The position numbers were made by a program, and so were the translations under genes. From Microthyrium microscopicum (Eukaryota), in contig MU004231.1 of NCBI GenBank assembly GCA_010405405.1, forward strand, positions 1,495,784 to 1,559,783: DNA of 64,000 bases. The letters are read 5' to 3'. Shown one piece after another: positions 1-11,488 of the stretch. The notes beneath the pieces were generated by a model, which saw only the letters and a list, made by a program, of their open reading frames with translations, was not told the origin of the DNA and did not search any database. Each line of letters opens with the position of its first letter. The first letter of the stretch is position 1.

Positions 1-600
1 AAGTATTTAATATATTGGTTAAAATAATATAAGAATTAAAGATAAAGCTAATAAATAGTTATTATATATAGAAGTATAAAGTATTAGAATAGATAAATAT
101 ATAGATATAAGTAAGTAGTAAGTAGTAGATTAATAAAATTATTTTAAATAAGTAGTAATATTAATTATTAATAGTTATCTTTTATTAAATACTTTATATA
201 GAGTATATAATATAGAAATCTAGATATATCTAATATAGAATTACTATCCTAATATAGCTATCTAACTCTAGCTCCTTATTCACTTTTAGTTATTTAAATA
301 GTTAGTAAAATAATAAATAAATAATATTATATTTATTTCTAAATATCTAAAGAACCAAAAGCGAATAAGAAAAACTAATAACAGATCTAAAACTAGCGAA
401 CCTAGACGAAGAGATTAATATAATTTTTATAGCTTAAATAGTATATTTCTATTTTATTAATTTAAATTAATTATTAAAATTAATTAATATTATCTTAATT
501 AATTTAGTATTAATTCAAGGTAGGCATTAATTAATTAATTTTAGTATAAGCTAGCATTAATTAATTTTAATTTGGCATTAATTAATTAAATTAAATTAAA
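1..600. repeat. AT-rich, TpA-rich block, probable RIP-degraded transposon/repeat edge
   Basis: Extremely AT-rich, saturated with TA/TAG/TAA and without ORFs, with an abrupt switch to balanced GC at ~600. GCATTAATTAATT recurs at ~524, ~554 and ~575. This is typical of repeat-induced point mutation in Pezizomycotina. Confidence 0.75.
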
Positions 601-889
601 TCACAACCCTGGTACTGAGCCAAGAGCTCCCCTGCCGTGTTCGGGAAAATCTACAGGGGTAACAACCACTACGGGCACTAGTAATTCTGCTCCAAACAGT
701 TGCATTGCTCCTACTCCAACCCTTCATATTCACTTTCCCACTACATGATACCAATTGCCTGAACAACTCGACCCTCTTACCCACTGGTCGCTTGAGAAGC
801 AGTGAGACTATTTCCTCGGCTTTGCTGGCCTCCGACTACCTCCAGCCAGCTCCGACCTCCTCAATTTCGCTATTGAGGATTATCTGATC

Positions 890-2468
890 ATGACAGCCGA
901 GAAAGATACCCTCCTGATACGGGAGCAGTTTGTGCCGCCTCGCTCCAAAGTCACCACACGCCGTAGATTCGTAGCTCGTAAAGCAAAGCGGAAGGAAGAA
1001 AGTCTGTTCGCAGTTCTGTGTGCCTGGATTGTGGATCAGCAGATTGGTATATATCTTCCCATTGACACAATAATGACAATGGAGCATCCTAGCTAACGAG
1101 GCTCTGTCAATAGGAATATGCGTCAATCTCCTTATTCTCCTCGGCCTCGTACACTTTGCTTTCCCTAGAGCTCGGCAATACACTCGCAAATTCTACGAAT
1201 TGTCATATTTTGACTCGGAATCGGGCAACTATGGCCGTGGCTGGGACGATGTCTACTTCATTACACTATGGGCTGTCATTTTCACGGGATTACGGGCTAT
1301 GGTTATCGACTACATTCTGAAACCGTTTGCTCGATGGGGCGGAATAGAGTCGAAAAAGCTACGTACTCGATTCGCTGAACAGGCCTGGGCTGTCATCTAC
1401 TACACGGCATCATGGTCATTGGGAATGGTATGTCTGGCTAAGGAAGTAACTACAAAAGGCGAAGACTAACAATGGCATAGTACATCATGTACAACTCTTC
1501 ATATTGGCTCAACACATGGGAAATGTGGACACACTGGCCCACATGGCAGATCGCGCCTCTTTTCAAGCTATATTATCTAGCTCAAATCGGCTACTGGATC
1601 CATATGCTCGCCGTTATATTCATTGAAGAGCGGAGAAAGGATCACTGGCAGATGTTCACCCACCATGTCTTCACCTCGCTTCTCTTGATCACCAGCTACG
1701 GTCATTACATGAACAAGGTTGGCAACGTGATCTTATGCATTATGGACTTTGTCGATATTGTCCTCGCCGTCGGTGTCTCCGAATCTCTTTGCTTTGCAAA
1801 CACTGACTATTTCTTAGACCGCCAAAGTCCTCAACTACTTTCGCTTCCGTCTCGCTTGCGACATTGCGTTTGGTGTCTTTCTCGTCTCATGGTTCGTCAC
1901 ACGCCATGTCCTCTATAACCGCGTCTTCTGGTCTGTCGCCGTCGACCTCCACGCCGCAACTCCATATGGCTGCTACGAGACTACGACAGGACGTCAAGTC
2001 ACCACAGACGGCGGCTCCGCTATATGGGCCAACGTTCTTCAACCCTTCAATGACCAGGATGGTCTCGTCTGCTTCAATAAGCAGATCGAGTACGGTTTCC
2101 TTGGCCTGCTTGCCGGTCTGCAGGTGTTGACGATCATTTGGTTCGGCATGATTATCCGCGTCGCTTATGGCGTGCTGTCGGGCAAGAAGGCAGAAGATAC
2201 GCGCAGCGACGATGAAGACGACTGCGACTCGGAAGAAGAAGAAGAGATTGAAGTCGACGATCTCGAAAAGCCAGAAGACGCACCCATCGAATTTGAAGTC
2301 GATGCCAGCGAAGTGACTGGCGCTTTCAAGACTGAGCGTGCAGGTTCCCCCGCCACACGATCAAAGACACGCAAGAGCGCAGCGGCTCGCGCCAGCGCTA
2401 TCTCCATCCCAGGCCATGGAGACCACAAGGAGCTCTTGGGCCGAATTGGCTGCGACAAGCCAACATAG
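890..2468 (+). CDS. LAG1: Ceramide synthase (sphingosine N-acyltransferase, TLC/Lag1 domain), probably barA-type clade
   Basis: Spliced model with exons 890-1046, 1114-1427, 1481-1768 and 1818-2468 (introns GTATAT..TAG, GTATGT..TAG, GTCGGT..TAG with GCTAAC/ACTAAC/CTGAC branch points). Contains the Lag1p motif RRKDHWQMFTHH...GNVILCIMDFVD, RFAEQAW, and an acidic tail DTRSDDEDD. Confidence 0.92.
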
Positions 2469-3230
2469 ACCACGGGAGCAGTCTGGGAGTTGGTTTAACA
2501 GCGAGTATTACGAGCACGGTGATGCTGGAGACAGCGAGCTTCAAAGCCCGCAGCTGTGTTTATCTAACGGCCGTCGTGTTTTCCTGTTTTGATGCGCGCG
2601 CAAAAGTGTCCAAAAGGACATCAAGTCTTTCGATATGACGTTCTGTTTTGTTGTTCTTTTCGAACCTTTATATATACCTCTTGATATACCTTGAACTCAT
2701 CTTGGCGTGCAGATGCTTTCTTTTACGACGCTTTGTTTCGTCGATTTTGATTGAAGAGCATTTATTTGGCATTTAGGGTTTTGTGGTAGCTGGTCGAATA
2801 TTAAAGTAGTGTGTAGACGAAATTTTTAGACCTTTGATGATCAGATAAGTTCTGTAATCTAAGTTCGGCTCTGTCTTGCAATGACTCCATGAGATTTAGA
2901 TCCTTCGGTCCTTGGCCATTTCACAACCTTTTTCCGGGTAATGCATACTATACTGGATACTGCATGTAAAATACATAGTAGGAAACGACTTGAGGCCATC
3001 GTACTCGCGAAAATTTACCGCATCAGCTGGCCATGGAACTTGTCGCTCGTCAGCAAGCTTCCCTATTTTCTCATTGGAACGACAGACAGTTTGAGCTGAA
3101 GGACACTTCCATTTTATTCTGTCAAGAGTGTTGCCTCCATGGATCAGGTAAGTACCTACACCTGATGGCTAATCCAACCTTCAATCCCCAAGTGTGGCAA
3201 GCAAGTCCGCGCATGACAGTCCATTCAACT

Positions 3231-4321
3231 TCAAGTAATTCGAAACATGGTCTTCCGGACCAGTTCTAAGAAGCGAAGAGCTAACGTGTGCTCCCAGAAC
3301 CCCGGGTCGGCGCGCTGTCGACGATCCTTCACCTCCTGTTCCTTCCAAGTACGCCCGCCATTCTCACCTTCTCGAATTGCTTGGAGCAAAGGAGATGTAG
3401 TTGTACTACCTGGTCGATCCTTTATGTAGATGACATTCGTACACATTATCAAGTATAGTGGTCCATTCCAAGTAGCGTTCTAGAACAATTCGGCAATAGC
3501 CATTGCGATTTGAATTTCCGCTTCTCCATAGGCGCTTGCCTCACTCCGAGAGGCGAAGACTTGGTCGTCTGATGCAAGATTGATTGCTGCTACGTCGAGA
3601 GTGGATGGGTCCAGAAGGATACTGACTCCTAAAGCCTCAATGCTGTCCAGAGAGGTGCATGCGTAGCAATCACCCTGGACTATTCCGTGGATCATATACT
3701 CTGGTGCCCAATACTTGCTCGATTTACAATATCCTGCGTGAAAGAGTGCTTGATCCGGACGGAGACGGAAGGTGTCGACGACGGCGATTTGAATGCCACT
3801 GACGTTTGCAGGGAGTTTCATGATCTGAGCTATCCCCAATGCCATAATCCAGAATGGTTGCCAGGAGCTGAATTCCGTGTTACGTTGTTTTTTCGCCGTA
3901 GAAGTGACCCCAGATCAGGTGGGGTAGATTCGGTATGTCATCCATGCGTTGGTGACCTTGGTTCTGAGCGAAAGCCCGAGGCATGATGGCTGTGGAGGTG
4001 TTGAGCGGGTTTGGAACTGTGGTGTCGTTCAAGTCTCGGCCGGAATATAGTGAGAATACACGGAAGAGGTATCTAGGTGCGGTCTCTCGGTGGACTTGGG
4101 AAAAGTCAGCTCGGTCAAACAATCCATGCATCATTTCAACTAGAAACGGAGGAAGATGGAAGCGATAGAAGGGCGTGTTGAAAGTTGGTTAACTTACTTT
4201 GGATGAGCTCGAAGATTTTTTTTTTCTGCTGTGCCTCGCTCTTCTGCCAGAAGCTCGGAGTACAGCACAACGTGATGATACTCATTGCCTCAGAAGACTC
4301 AACATCATGAGGAACAGCCAT
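3231..4321 (-). pseudogene. Disrupted paralog of the adjacent R-S-E ADP-ribosyltransferase-like (DUF7587-like) gene
   Basis: An intron at 4140-4197 joins MAVPHD..IQ to IEMMH..PRYLFRVFS. A frameshift in the T6 run at 3888-3893 separates GEK from RNTEFSSW. IAVVDT and EYMIHG follow, then an in-frame TAG at 3480-3482, after which the same frame continues to 3231 and still aligns with the paralog. Confidence 0.75.
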
Positions 4322-5408
4322 GGTTTGGTTGAGGGTGTGGATGTAGCGAATGTTTAACGAGAGGTTGAAGTCACGATAGAGAAGATTGCCGATGGACATG
4401 GTGGACGGTCATTGCTGATACCATTGAAGGTGGCTCGCCAAGGCAAGCAGCGAGCTATTCTATATAAGGCAGATATAACGCCAGCCGCATTAAGTGAATC
4501 ATCTTTTGCGTTCTTGTGGACAAGACAAGTCGACAGAGCGGTCAAAAACATCAGTCATTTCCTACTTGGTGCAGGAGCGTGGAAATATCAGTCTGCAAAG
4601 TCGCGCGTCTTCTGAATCTCGAACAAAGCTGCAGTCTCATTGGGAAAAGTGAACTGTACGATAGAATACGAGCTTTCGCTGTTTAGTCACTAACTGCATT
4701 GTTGTAACTGCTTTAGTTAGGTGTTTTGACTCTTGAGAGGCATCGTTTTCCGCATCATGAGTCGGCAAGGGGGCGACAAAATAAAAGGCGCGCCCCCAGC
4801 GAGCGCAATAGCTCCATACAAGACGATCTTTTATTGAGTGCGTTATTCATTATCGAGCGCGTTCAGGCTTGAGCATTTTATGGGATGCTTTGGGGAATAT
4901 AGCACCTTTTAATCAACAGCGTTCGTGGGGGCATCGACGCCGATGGGAGAACGCCAGCTATTTTGTCCATCAGTTTGGTTGGCCACTAAATAGGACTAGG
5001 CGATGATAGAGAACTCAGAGACAAACTTCAAGAAGTGAGGTATGGCCCTTCAAGCCTTCTTCTCGCTGCAATTAAGTGGGCATATCAATGTTGCAGTTCG
5101 ATTTATTCCAAGATATCCTCTCGTAGACTTGACAGCGATGTTTCAGTGCATGAGATCATAAAGTTTTGGCAAGGGAAGCTTATTTATGGACGACTGACGA
5201 TATCTATCTGCAAATATTTCAGTAATTTGATCATTTGTTACATTTCCCTAAGTTTGTAATTGATCTCTCGTAATATGTGACCAAAGTCTGAACAGACAGT
5301 GAAGTCGAGCTGCGTAGAAACATATGACAATACAATGAACTTTCCCAGGGACATATCAGCTATGCTGCCATGCATCCTCCTGCCAGGTCAGTTGCGCTTA
5401 AACATTAT

Positions 5409-6444
5409 CTACATGTTTCGCGAACGGTCGATTGCAATTTGCCATTCCTCGCGTTGCGGCTCATGAACTCTGGGCTTGTCATGCACAGGCCGCAAGAAAT
5501 TTAAGAACTCATGGATATCCGAGAAGCTTTCGCCTGCAACATGACCAGCAGGAGCCAGGATTGGTACAGGCTTGTCGGGATCTTTGAAATCATAGCCGTG
5601 CTCTCGTAAGGCATTGAATACTTTAGTCCAGGCCTGTTCATAGAGCTCGGGCCGTCGATGCCACGGACGGCAACGCATGTTCAGCAAGGCCGCAGTTAGA
5701 GCAATTGCCATATCCCTTTGCTCGCGCCGCGCATACAGCTGCACAACTCTGACTATCATATCCAGTTCATCCGAAGTGAAAGCCTTACTGCGCGCTGCTG
5801 GTCCGGCCCATTTAGGATCTCGAACTCCGTATCCCCAGATCCCTCTAGCAATCTCCACGCTTGGCATCCAGCCAGTATGTAGCCAGGATTTCAAGAGCAC
5901 GCTGGAAAACTTCGGGTGTCGGATCACGCCATGGACTAGATATTCGACACCCATGCGGCAGCATCCACTACACAAATGCAAAGCATGAACAGGATAGGCG
6001 TAGACCCCAGGTTGATAGGTGTCCAACATGGCGATACCTACATCGTTCTCTCCATTCCGAAATTTTTGGCAAGCATAAGCGAGCACCAGTACTATTGACG
6101 GCGTCCAGGAAGTGAATTCTGTCTCACAGTATTTGGCTCCAATGTGATCGTGGACCATCTTCTCAAGATCTTGAATGTCATGAATTCGACGCTTGAGGCA
6201 AGCTCGAGTGCGGAACTTAAGGTAGCCGAGAGGAACGATTGATTCTCCGCTATTAAGAACAGGCACTTCTTGGTCGGGTATAAACCCCATTTCCCTACGT
6301 CTACCAGAGCTTTCCGAAAAGGTTCGGAACAGGAAACGTGGGTTCTTTTGGCGTATCTCTACATAACAAAAATTGGTGCACCAAGCAGCATGAACGACAA
6401 GACTTACCTTCAATCGCGATGAGACGATCAGGTGTGAGCTCCAT
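5409..6444 (-). CDS. Hypothetical protein with ADP-ribosyltransferase-like R-S-E motifs (DUF7587-like)
   Basis: ATG at 6444 (MELTPDRLIAIE) and intron 6359-6407 (GTAAGT..TAG) give an open frame to 5409. Motifs PRFLFR, TEFTSWTPS, IAMLDT and EYLVHG are shared with the 3231-4321 copy. Confidence 0.7.
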
Positions 6445-7425
6445 CTAGGATTTGAATGAGTACAGCAGAGTACAAGCAAATAAGCACTGTCAACGTTTTC
6501 TGTGGTCAGGTTTTGATTTAGAGTATTGACGTGGAATAATACGAATTGACGCAAGCCAGATAATTATATATTCCAGTTTTCGATGTCCCAGTGTCAGAAA
6601 AGATTACGGGTGATTCATACCTAGGTAGTGTTGATCTGCAGTGTTGAGGTAGGGTATTGCCGACAATGCTATGGTTACAAAACTCTCATAAATTTTTCGA
6701 ATTGTGAGACATAGCTAGCACCTACAAAGGACATCTTGCTATAGGGAAGGTTTCACGTTGCAATCATGAGATGGCCTTGATTTTCAACACCAGATGTACA
6801 GTGGCATACACCATCTGAACGAAGTGCAAGCCTCGAGCCGCAGCGAATGATTAGCATCGTCAGAAAGCTCAAGGCCGATCGCCAATTGGGGACGTTGATG
6901 TGTAGTTGAGGCCATCTGATAGCGCGCATCCATCTGACAAATGCTTCCCTTGAGGCACGATACAGCCAAACAAGCGTTAGCGAGCGACCTTGCTCGCCGA
7001 TGAGTAGCACGATCTACTTTGGAGATTGGTAGAGTTGTGTTTCTAGGCTTCTAGGTTATATACAGCAGCGATCTTGTATTTGAATAGATCAAAACGACAA
7101 ACAATAGGGCGGATGCAGAGAAGGGAGGACTCAGGACTCAGGACTCAGGAGAAGGTTGATGGGATGAAGTTGGAGAGTATTGCAGGGGTGCGAGAATTGG
7201 TGGAGGAGCTTGGATCTCATGACAGCATCAGCCATCAACATCTTGATCTCCATTAAACCGCGACCCTCGAGATCGCAACTTCATTCCAAACCTACACTTT
7301 TTCCGTCTATTTCAGGCAGTGATCTTGACAAGAAACTGCTTTGACTACACTGGTTCGCTGAGGCTGATGTATGTTGCGCTGTTATACCTTTGGAAGCTTG
7401 CTAACAATGACCTTTGTAGTCAAAC

Positions 7426-8281
7426 ATGGCTTCTCAACCAAAAGAAACCCCCGGCAAAAAGTTCGACCTGATCAATCGTGGAGTCAAAAAGTCGAATCCT
7501 GCTGGGACCGGCGTCTTCATTGGCCTGCGTGCTCTTGATCCAGTAATACAATATGGCATTCTCGCGAAAGGCCTAGGCTCTGGCCTGCTCCACAAGGTCG
7601 GACTCGAAACCTTACCTGCTCTACCACCAAACACTGGAACCTTTCTCGATGGCCTCGGCCTTTCCCCATACCGACTTATACTGCTTGCCATGGCAACTGG
7701 GACTGCCGTGAAGCAAATCTTTTGGCTAACAGCCACCGCAAACGAGGAGTTCCCACCAGCCGCTGCCGTTTCAGTCTCCCTCTTCAATACCTTCATGAAC
7801 TCACTCAACACCCTCGCCTTTACGACTGTCGCCGTCTCAGCCTCATTGTCCGATCGATCACAATTCCCGCAAACTCCACTACTAGTCGGAAGCGCGCTTT
7901 ATACTGTTGGCATTGCCCTCGAGACATATTCTGAGATTTATCGCAAGAGTTTCAAGGACGACCCAAAGAACGAGGGAAAGCTATGTACGACCGGTCCATG
8001 GGGCATTGTAAGACATGCCAATTACCTCGGATACGTAATGTGGCGAGCTGGATTCGCTTTGGCTAGTGGAGGCTGGGCTCTTGCAGCTGTTGTTGCTGCT
8101 ACGCAGTCGGCCGACTTTATTACCCGAGCAATCCCAGTTCTCGATGACTACTGCACATCGAAAGTAAGTCTATCCTTCCATATGAATCATAGAGACCCCG
8201 CTAACAAAACGACAGTATCCTGCTCAATGGGAGGAATACAAAACGAGCACCCCCTACAGGCTTATTCCTTATGTGTACTAA
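7426..8281 (+). CDS. DUF1295 / steroid 5-alpha-reductase-like membrane protein
   Basis: Motif FKDDPKNEGKLCTTGPWGIVRHANYLGY plus hydrophobic segments. Intron 8164-8215 (GTAAGT..GCTAAC..CAG) gives the typical C-terminus YPAQWEEYKTSTPYRLIPYVY*. A probable 5'-UTR intron lies at ~7369-7419. Confidence 0.85.
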
Positions 8282-9135
8282 TTACGTTTTGGGCAGTTCT
8301 GTGTAGGAATACGATCATTGTAGTGTCATTTATGTCTGTACATATCGGAAGCTAGCCTTGTAGGTGTCAATATGGCTAGTCAATTTTCCAATGTACATAT
8401 CGCATCCAAAAGTCGCCTGGAAAGATGTGACGCCCACAGTGTTTGCATAATGAGCACAGCTCTATTCAACTTGACGTTACTGCTAGGCTCTACATAGGCC
8501 CAACAGTTAAGTTTAGGCCTCCTTGAGGTTATGGAGTCTCTTCAAAGTATTTCTCCCACACCTGAAGGCTGCTGTGTAGATTACAAACAGGTGCTGTGTT
8601 ACAGGTCAGTGTTATTGACCTTTTTTTACTTGCACAAAGTGACTACTCATCCAACGCAGACATACATTTGCCGTTCCCAGTTTCATGTACAGTCGGGATG
8701 ACTATTTCGATTGATGCGAACTAATGGTGGTTTGGCCCAAGCCTTCTTCCACTGCGTTCGTTAATCGGGCCATGACCAATGTGCCAACGGAGGGATGTTC
8801 GCATCAACCTTTGTTTGTGCAATGGCTCTGTGACATGGGTTTGTAAGTTTGATCTGATTGATGTATTGACCTCAGCTCAGTCGTTTGAGACGTCAGAAAA
8901 GGGATTACAAAAGTCGCACTTCTGTCAATCCATCTCATCATCCATCCAGAATCACAATCGACTTGTGTACCAACCATTAACAAACATCTACACATCCCAT
9001 CCATTGAACTACACGTAGAGCGTGTAGAGACACTCAATAACATATACCTACAGCTACGTAAGCATTCAAGAGCAAACTTTCATCAACGACAAGTCTGATA
9101 TCCTTTAACAGCATCCAGTCAAGCCTAGCGCCAGT

Positions 9136-9321
9136 ATGTGTTACCAAAAATTCTTGCAGTGGAGATGCGCTCGCGATGTTTCTCATTATCAGAATCATCC
9201 TGTCGTGGCGTGCGAATATGCCAAGTCTTTCACCCCCAATCGCCCATGTCCAAATCCGATCCGATTCCCACTGGAAGTAAAAATGCCCGGTAAATGCAAC
9301 ATTTGCAAAACAAGATTGTAA
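9136..9321 (+). CDS. Small Cys/His-rich micropeptide 1 (61 aa, MCYQ family)
   Basis: MCYQKFLQWRCARDVSH...C...C...CNIC, with no signal peptide. Predicted 5'-UTR intron 9058-9111 (GTAAGC..CTGAT..CAG). Shares its N-terminus and Cys order with the two downstream ORFs. Confidence 0.7.
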   Translation: MCYQKFLQWRCARDVSHYQNHPVVACEYAKSFTPNRPCPNPIRFPLEVKMPGKCNICKTRL

Positions 9322-10690
9322 AGTCTGCGACTATTTCAGAACCCATGCACTGGTAAGCTGGGCCCATACATGGAAGTTGGTACGTGGGCTTCCAGACTAA
9401 TGCTCCTGTAGATGATTGGTACTTGTTTGGATGTTTTGGCAAACACATTACGAGAATGAAGAGCTGAAAACCAGAAGAAACATTGGCGGGTGAAGCGGTT
9501 AAGGTTTTGTGAAGTGTAATAGCTGCCAGTACTTTGAATTCATATCACGATCCTTGAAAGCACCGCTCAGTCAGACACCGTCTAGTATGTCTACCTAAGT
9601 ATTTCTGTGTTCATACGACTGACCCAAGCTCCCTTTGTGCAAACACCTTCCAACATGAAGCTGTTGCTTTACTCTCAGTATTCACCGTGATTTTGTCGGT
9701 TGGAAAACTTGAAGAGGAATCATAAACGCGCTCATTCCTTACTCTGATATTGTCATCGATCGAACTCTCAAATTTCAAAGAGAAATCTCATATCAAAGAA
9801 TTAAGCAATATCCCTAAAAGGTAAGATCTCATACATGAGACTGCCAAGGTTGATGACCAGATCAAAAACAGCTGCCTTGTTCCCAGTCTCTCAAGTAACC
9901 CCCGTCGATTGCATACGTGATGAAGACTTGACCAAAGAAGGCATGAATGCCCCCACCCCTTTCACTTCTTAGCTTTACGTTTGGTATGGATTGACTATTT
10001 TGGTTGTCTCTAGTCGATGGTGCTTTCCCGGGGCCATAACTCCAATGCGTTCGTTAGTCAGGCACTAACGAGTATGCAGACGAAAGCTTGATCGTAATAG
10101 CATCCGTTTGTGTAATCGCTCTGCGCTCTTGGTTCACTAACTTCTTCCCGCCGATTGTATTCGCTGCAGTGCCGTCGTTTGAGCATTGAGAAATGAGACC
10201 ATAAATAGAAATCCTTCTGCCAGTTTCATCTCATTATCAATCCAACCGTCCAAATCACAAGAAACATTCTTGAGCCAAAAACAAACCAGCAATCCTATAT
10301 CTCATGCACTGAACTGCCCGTAGAGCGTGCAGAGTCATATTTCTCATCACACTTCACAACTCTGTAAGCAATTGCCAATATAACTTCTCTCCATGGCCCT
10401 CATACATCTCTCTCACTTCTATCATTCACATCTCCCGAAACTTTTGTTAACCTGCTTCCAAAATATAGTACATATAAGAACCCTTCCATCTGATCAGCGA
10501 GACCGGGCTGTATCATAATACTCTTGTCAACTTCCAGCATACGATACAGCTTCTAAACAGCCAGCTTTAAGAAACCTCACAGGCCCTTCAGAGCGGTCGC
10601 CAACTTGCGAACCATTGCGTAAGCGTAAACGATAATATTTGTTGCGACATTCTGACATTCTACGCAGCATCAGTCCTCCATTCAATCAAG

Positions 10691-10831
10691 ATGTGCTACC
10701 AGGCTGTCATGGTCTATATCTGTTGTCGGGTTGAAAGCTCTTACGTCAACTGTGGATGTGGTCGACCTCCTATCAAATTCGAAACATCGATGGGAAATAC
10801 CTATTGCAATCGTCATCGTCCCCGACTGTGA
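10691..10831 (+). CDS. Small Cys/His-rich micropeptide 2 (46 aa, MCYQ family; not in ORF track)
   Basis: Translates as MCYQAVMVYICCRVESSYVNCGCGRPPIKFETSMGNTYCNRHRPRL*. Predicted 5'-UTR intron 10619-10667 (GTAAGC..CTGAC..CAG) and good start context (CAAGATG). Clearly paralogous to 11489-11629. Confidence 0.8.
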   Translation: MCYQAVMVYICCRVESSYVNCGCGRPPIKFETSMGNTYCNRHRPRL

Positions 10832-11488
10832 TGAGATTGGCGGATGAAGTGGTTGGGATTTTGTGAAGTGACATAGTTGATAGTTTTTGATTTCACAATG
10901 AAAGTTGCTGTATACAAAAAGTTTGCCGTGTCAGAGGTCGAAGCCTATTATGAAGTTCGCTGTAGCTGAAAGCATATGCTGACCTCTAGAAACATAAAGA
11001 AGTTTCCTATTCGCGGATTTTACTCAAAGCAAGTTACGTCTGCCAAGTTGCTGCTTTGTCATATCTGATCAGATTATATGCGTGTGCAGATAACCCGCAG
11101 ATCTAAGCTACTACATCATATCATATGTTCCTTTAACCGCAACTTGAAAACCTCCCAGAGGTCACAGGGGGCAGTCGGTGAATACTTGGGTAGCGCAATG
11201 CATGTCTTCATCAATCCTAGCTTTTATGTTCTCAGGTACTACTGTTAGCATGGTTCAGTATCTAATGTGTATAAAGCATTCTGAGCGCAATAGCTAAATC
11301 AACAAGAATTATAGCACATTTCCAACAATCGCCTTACGATACAACACCTGAGCATATTCATTGCTTTGCAACTCGTACAGACGGTCCAAGCCTTTGCGAA
11401 CTCATTACCACCCACGTAAGATCAAGCAAGAACTTCCTCTGATGGCGTGCTAACCTCGTCCATAGCATTAACCTTCCCTATCATCAAC

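Noticed and set aside
7127..7149. (GGACTCA)x3 tandem repeat; also an (AGTC)n run at ~30548-30572
   Set aside because: Ordinary short microsatellites with no spacers or associated genes. Not a CRISPR-like array.
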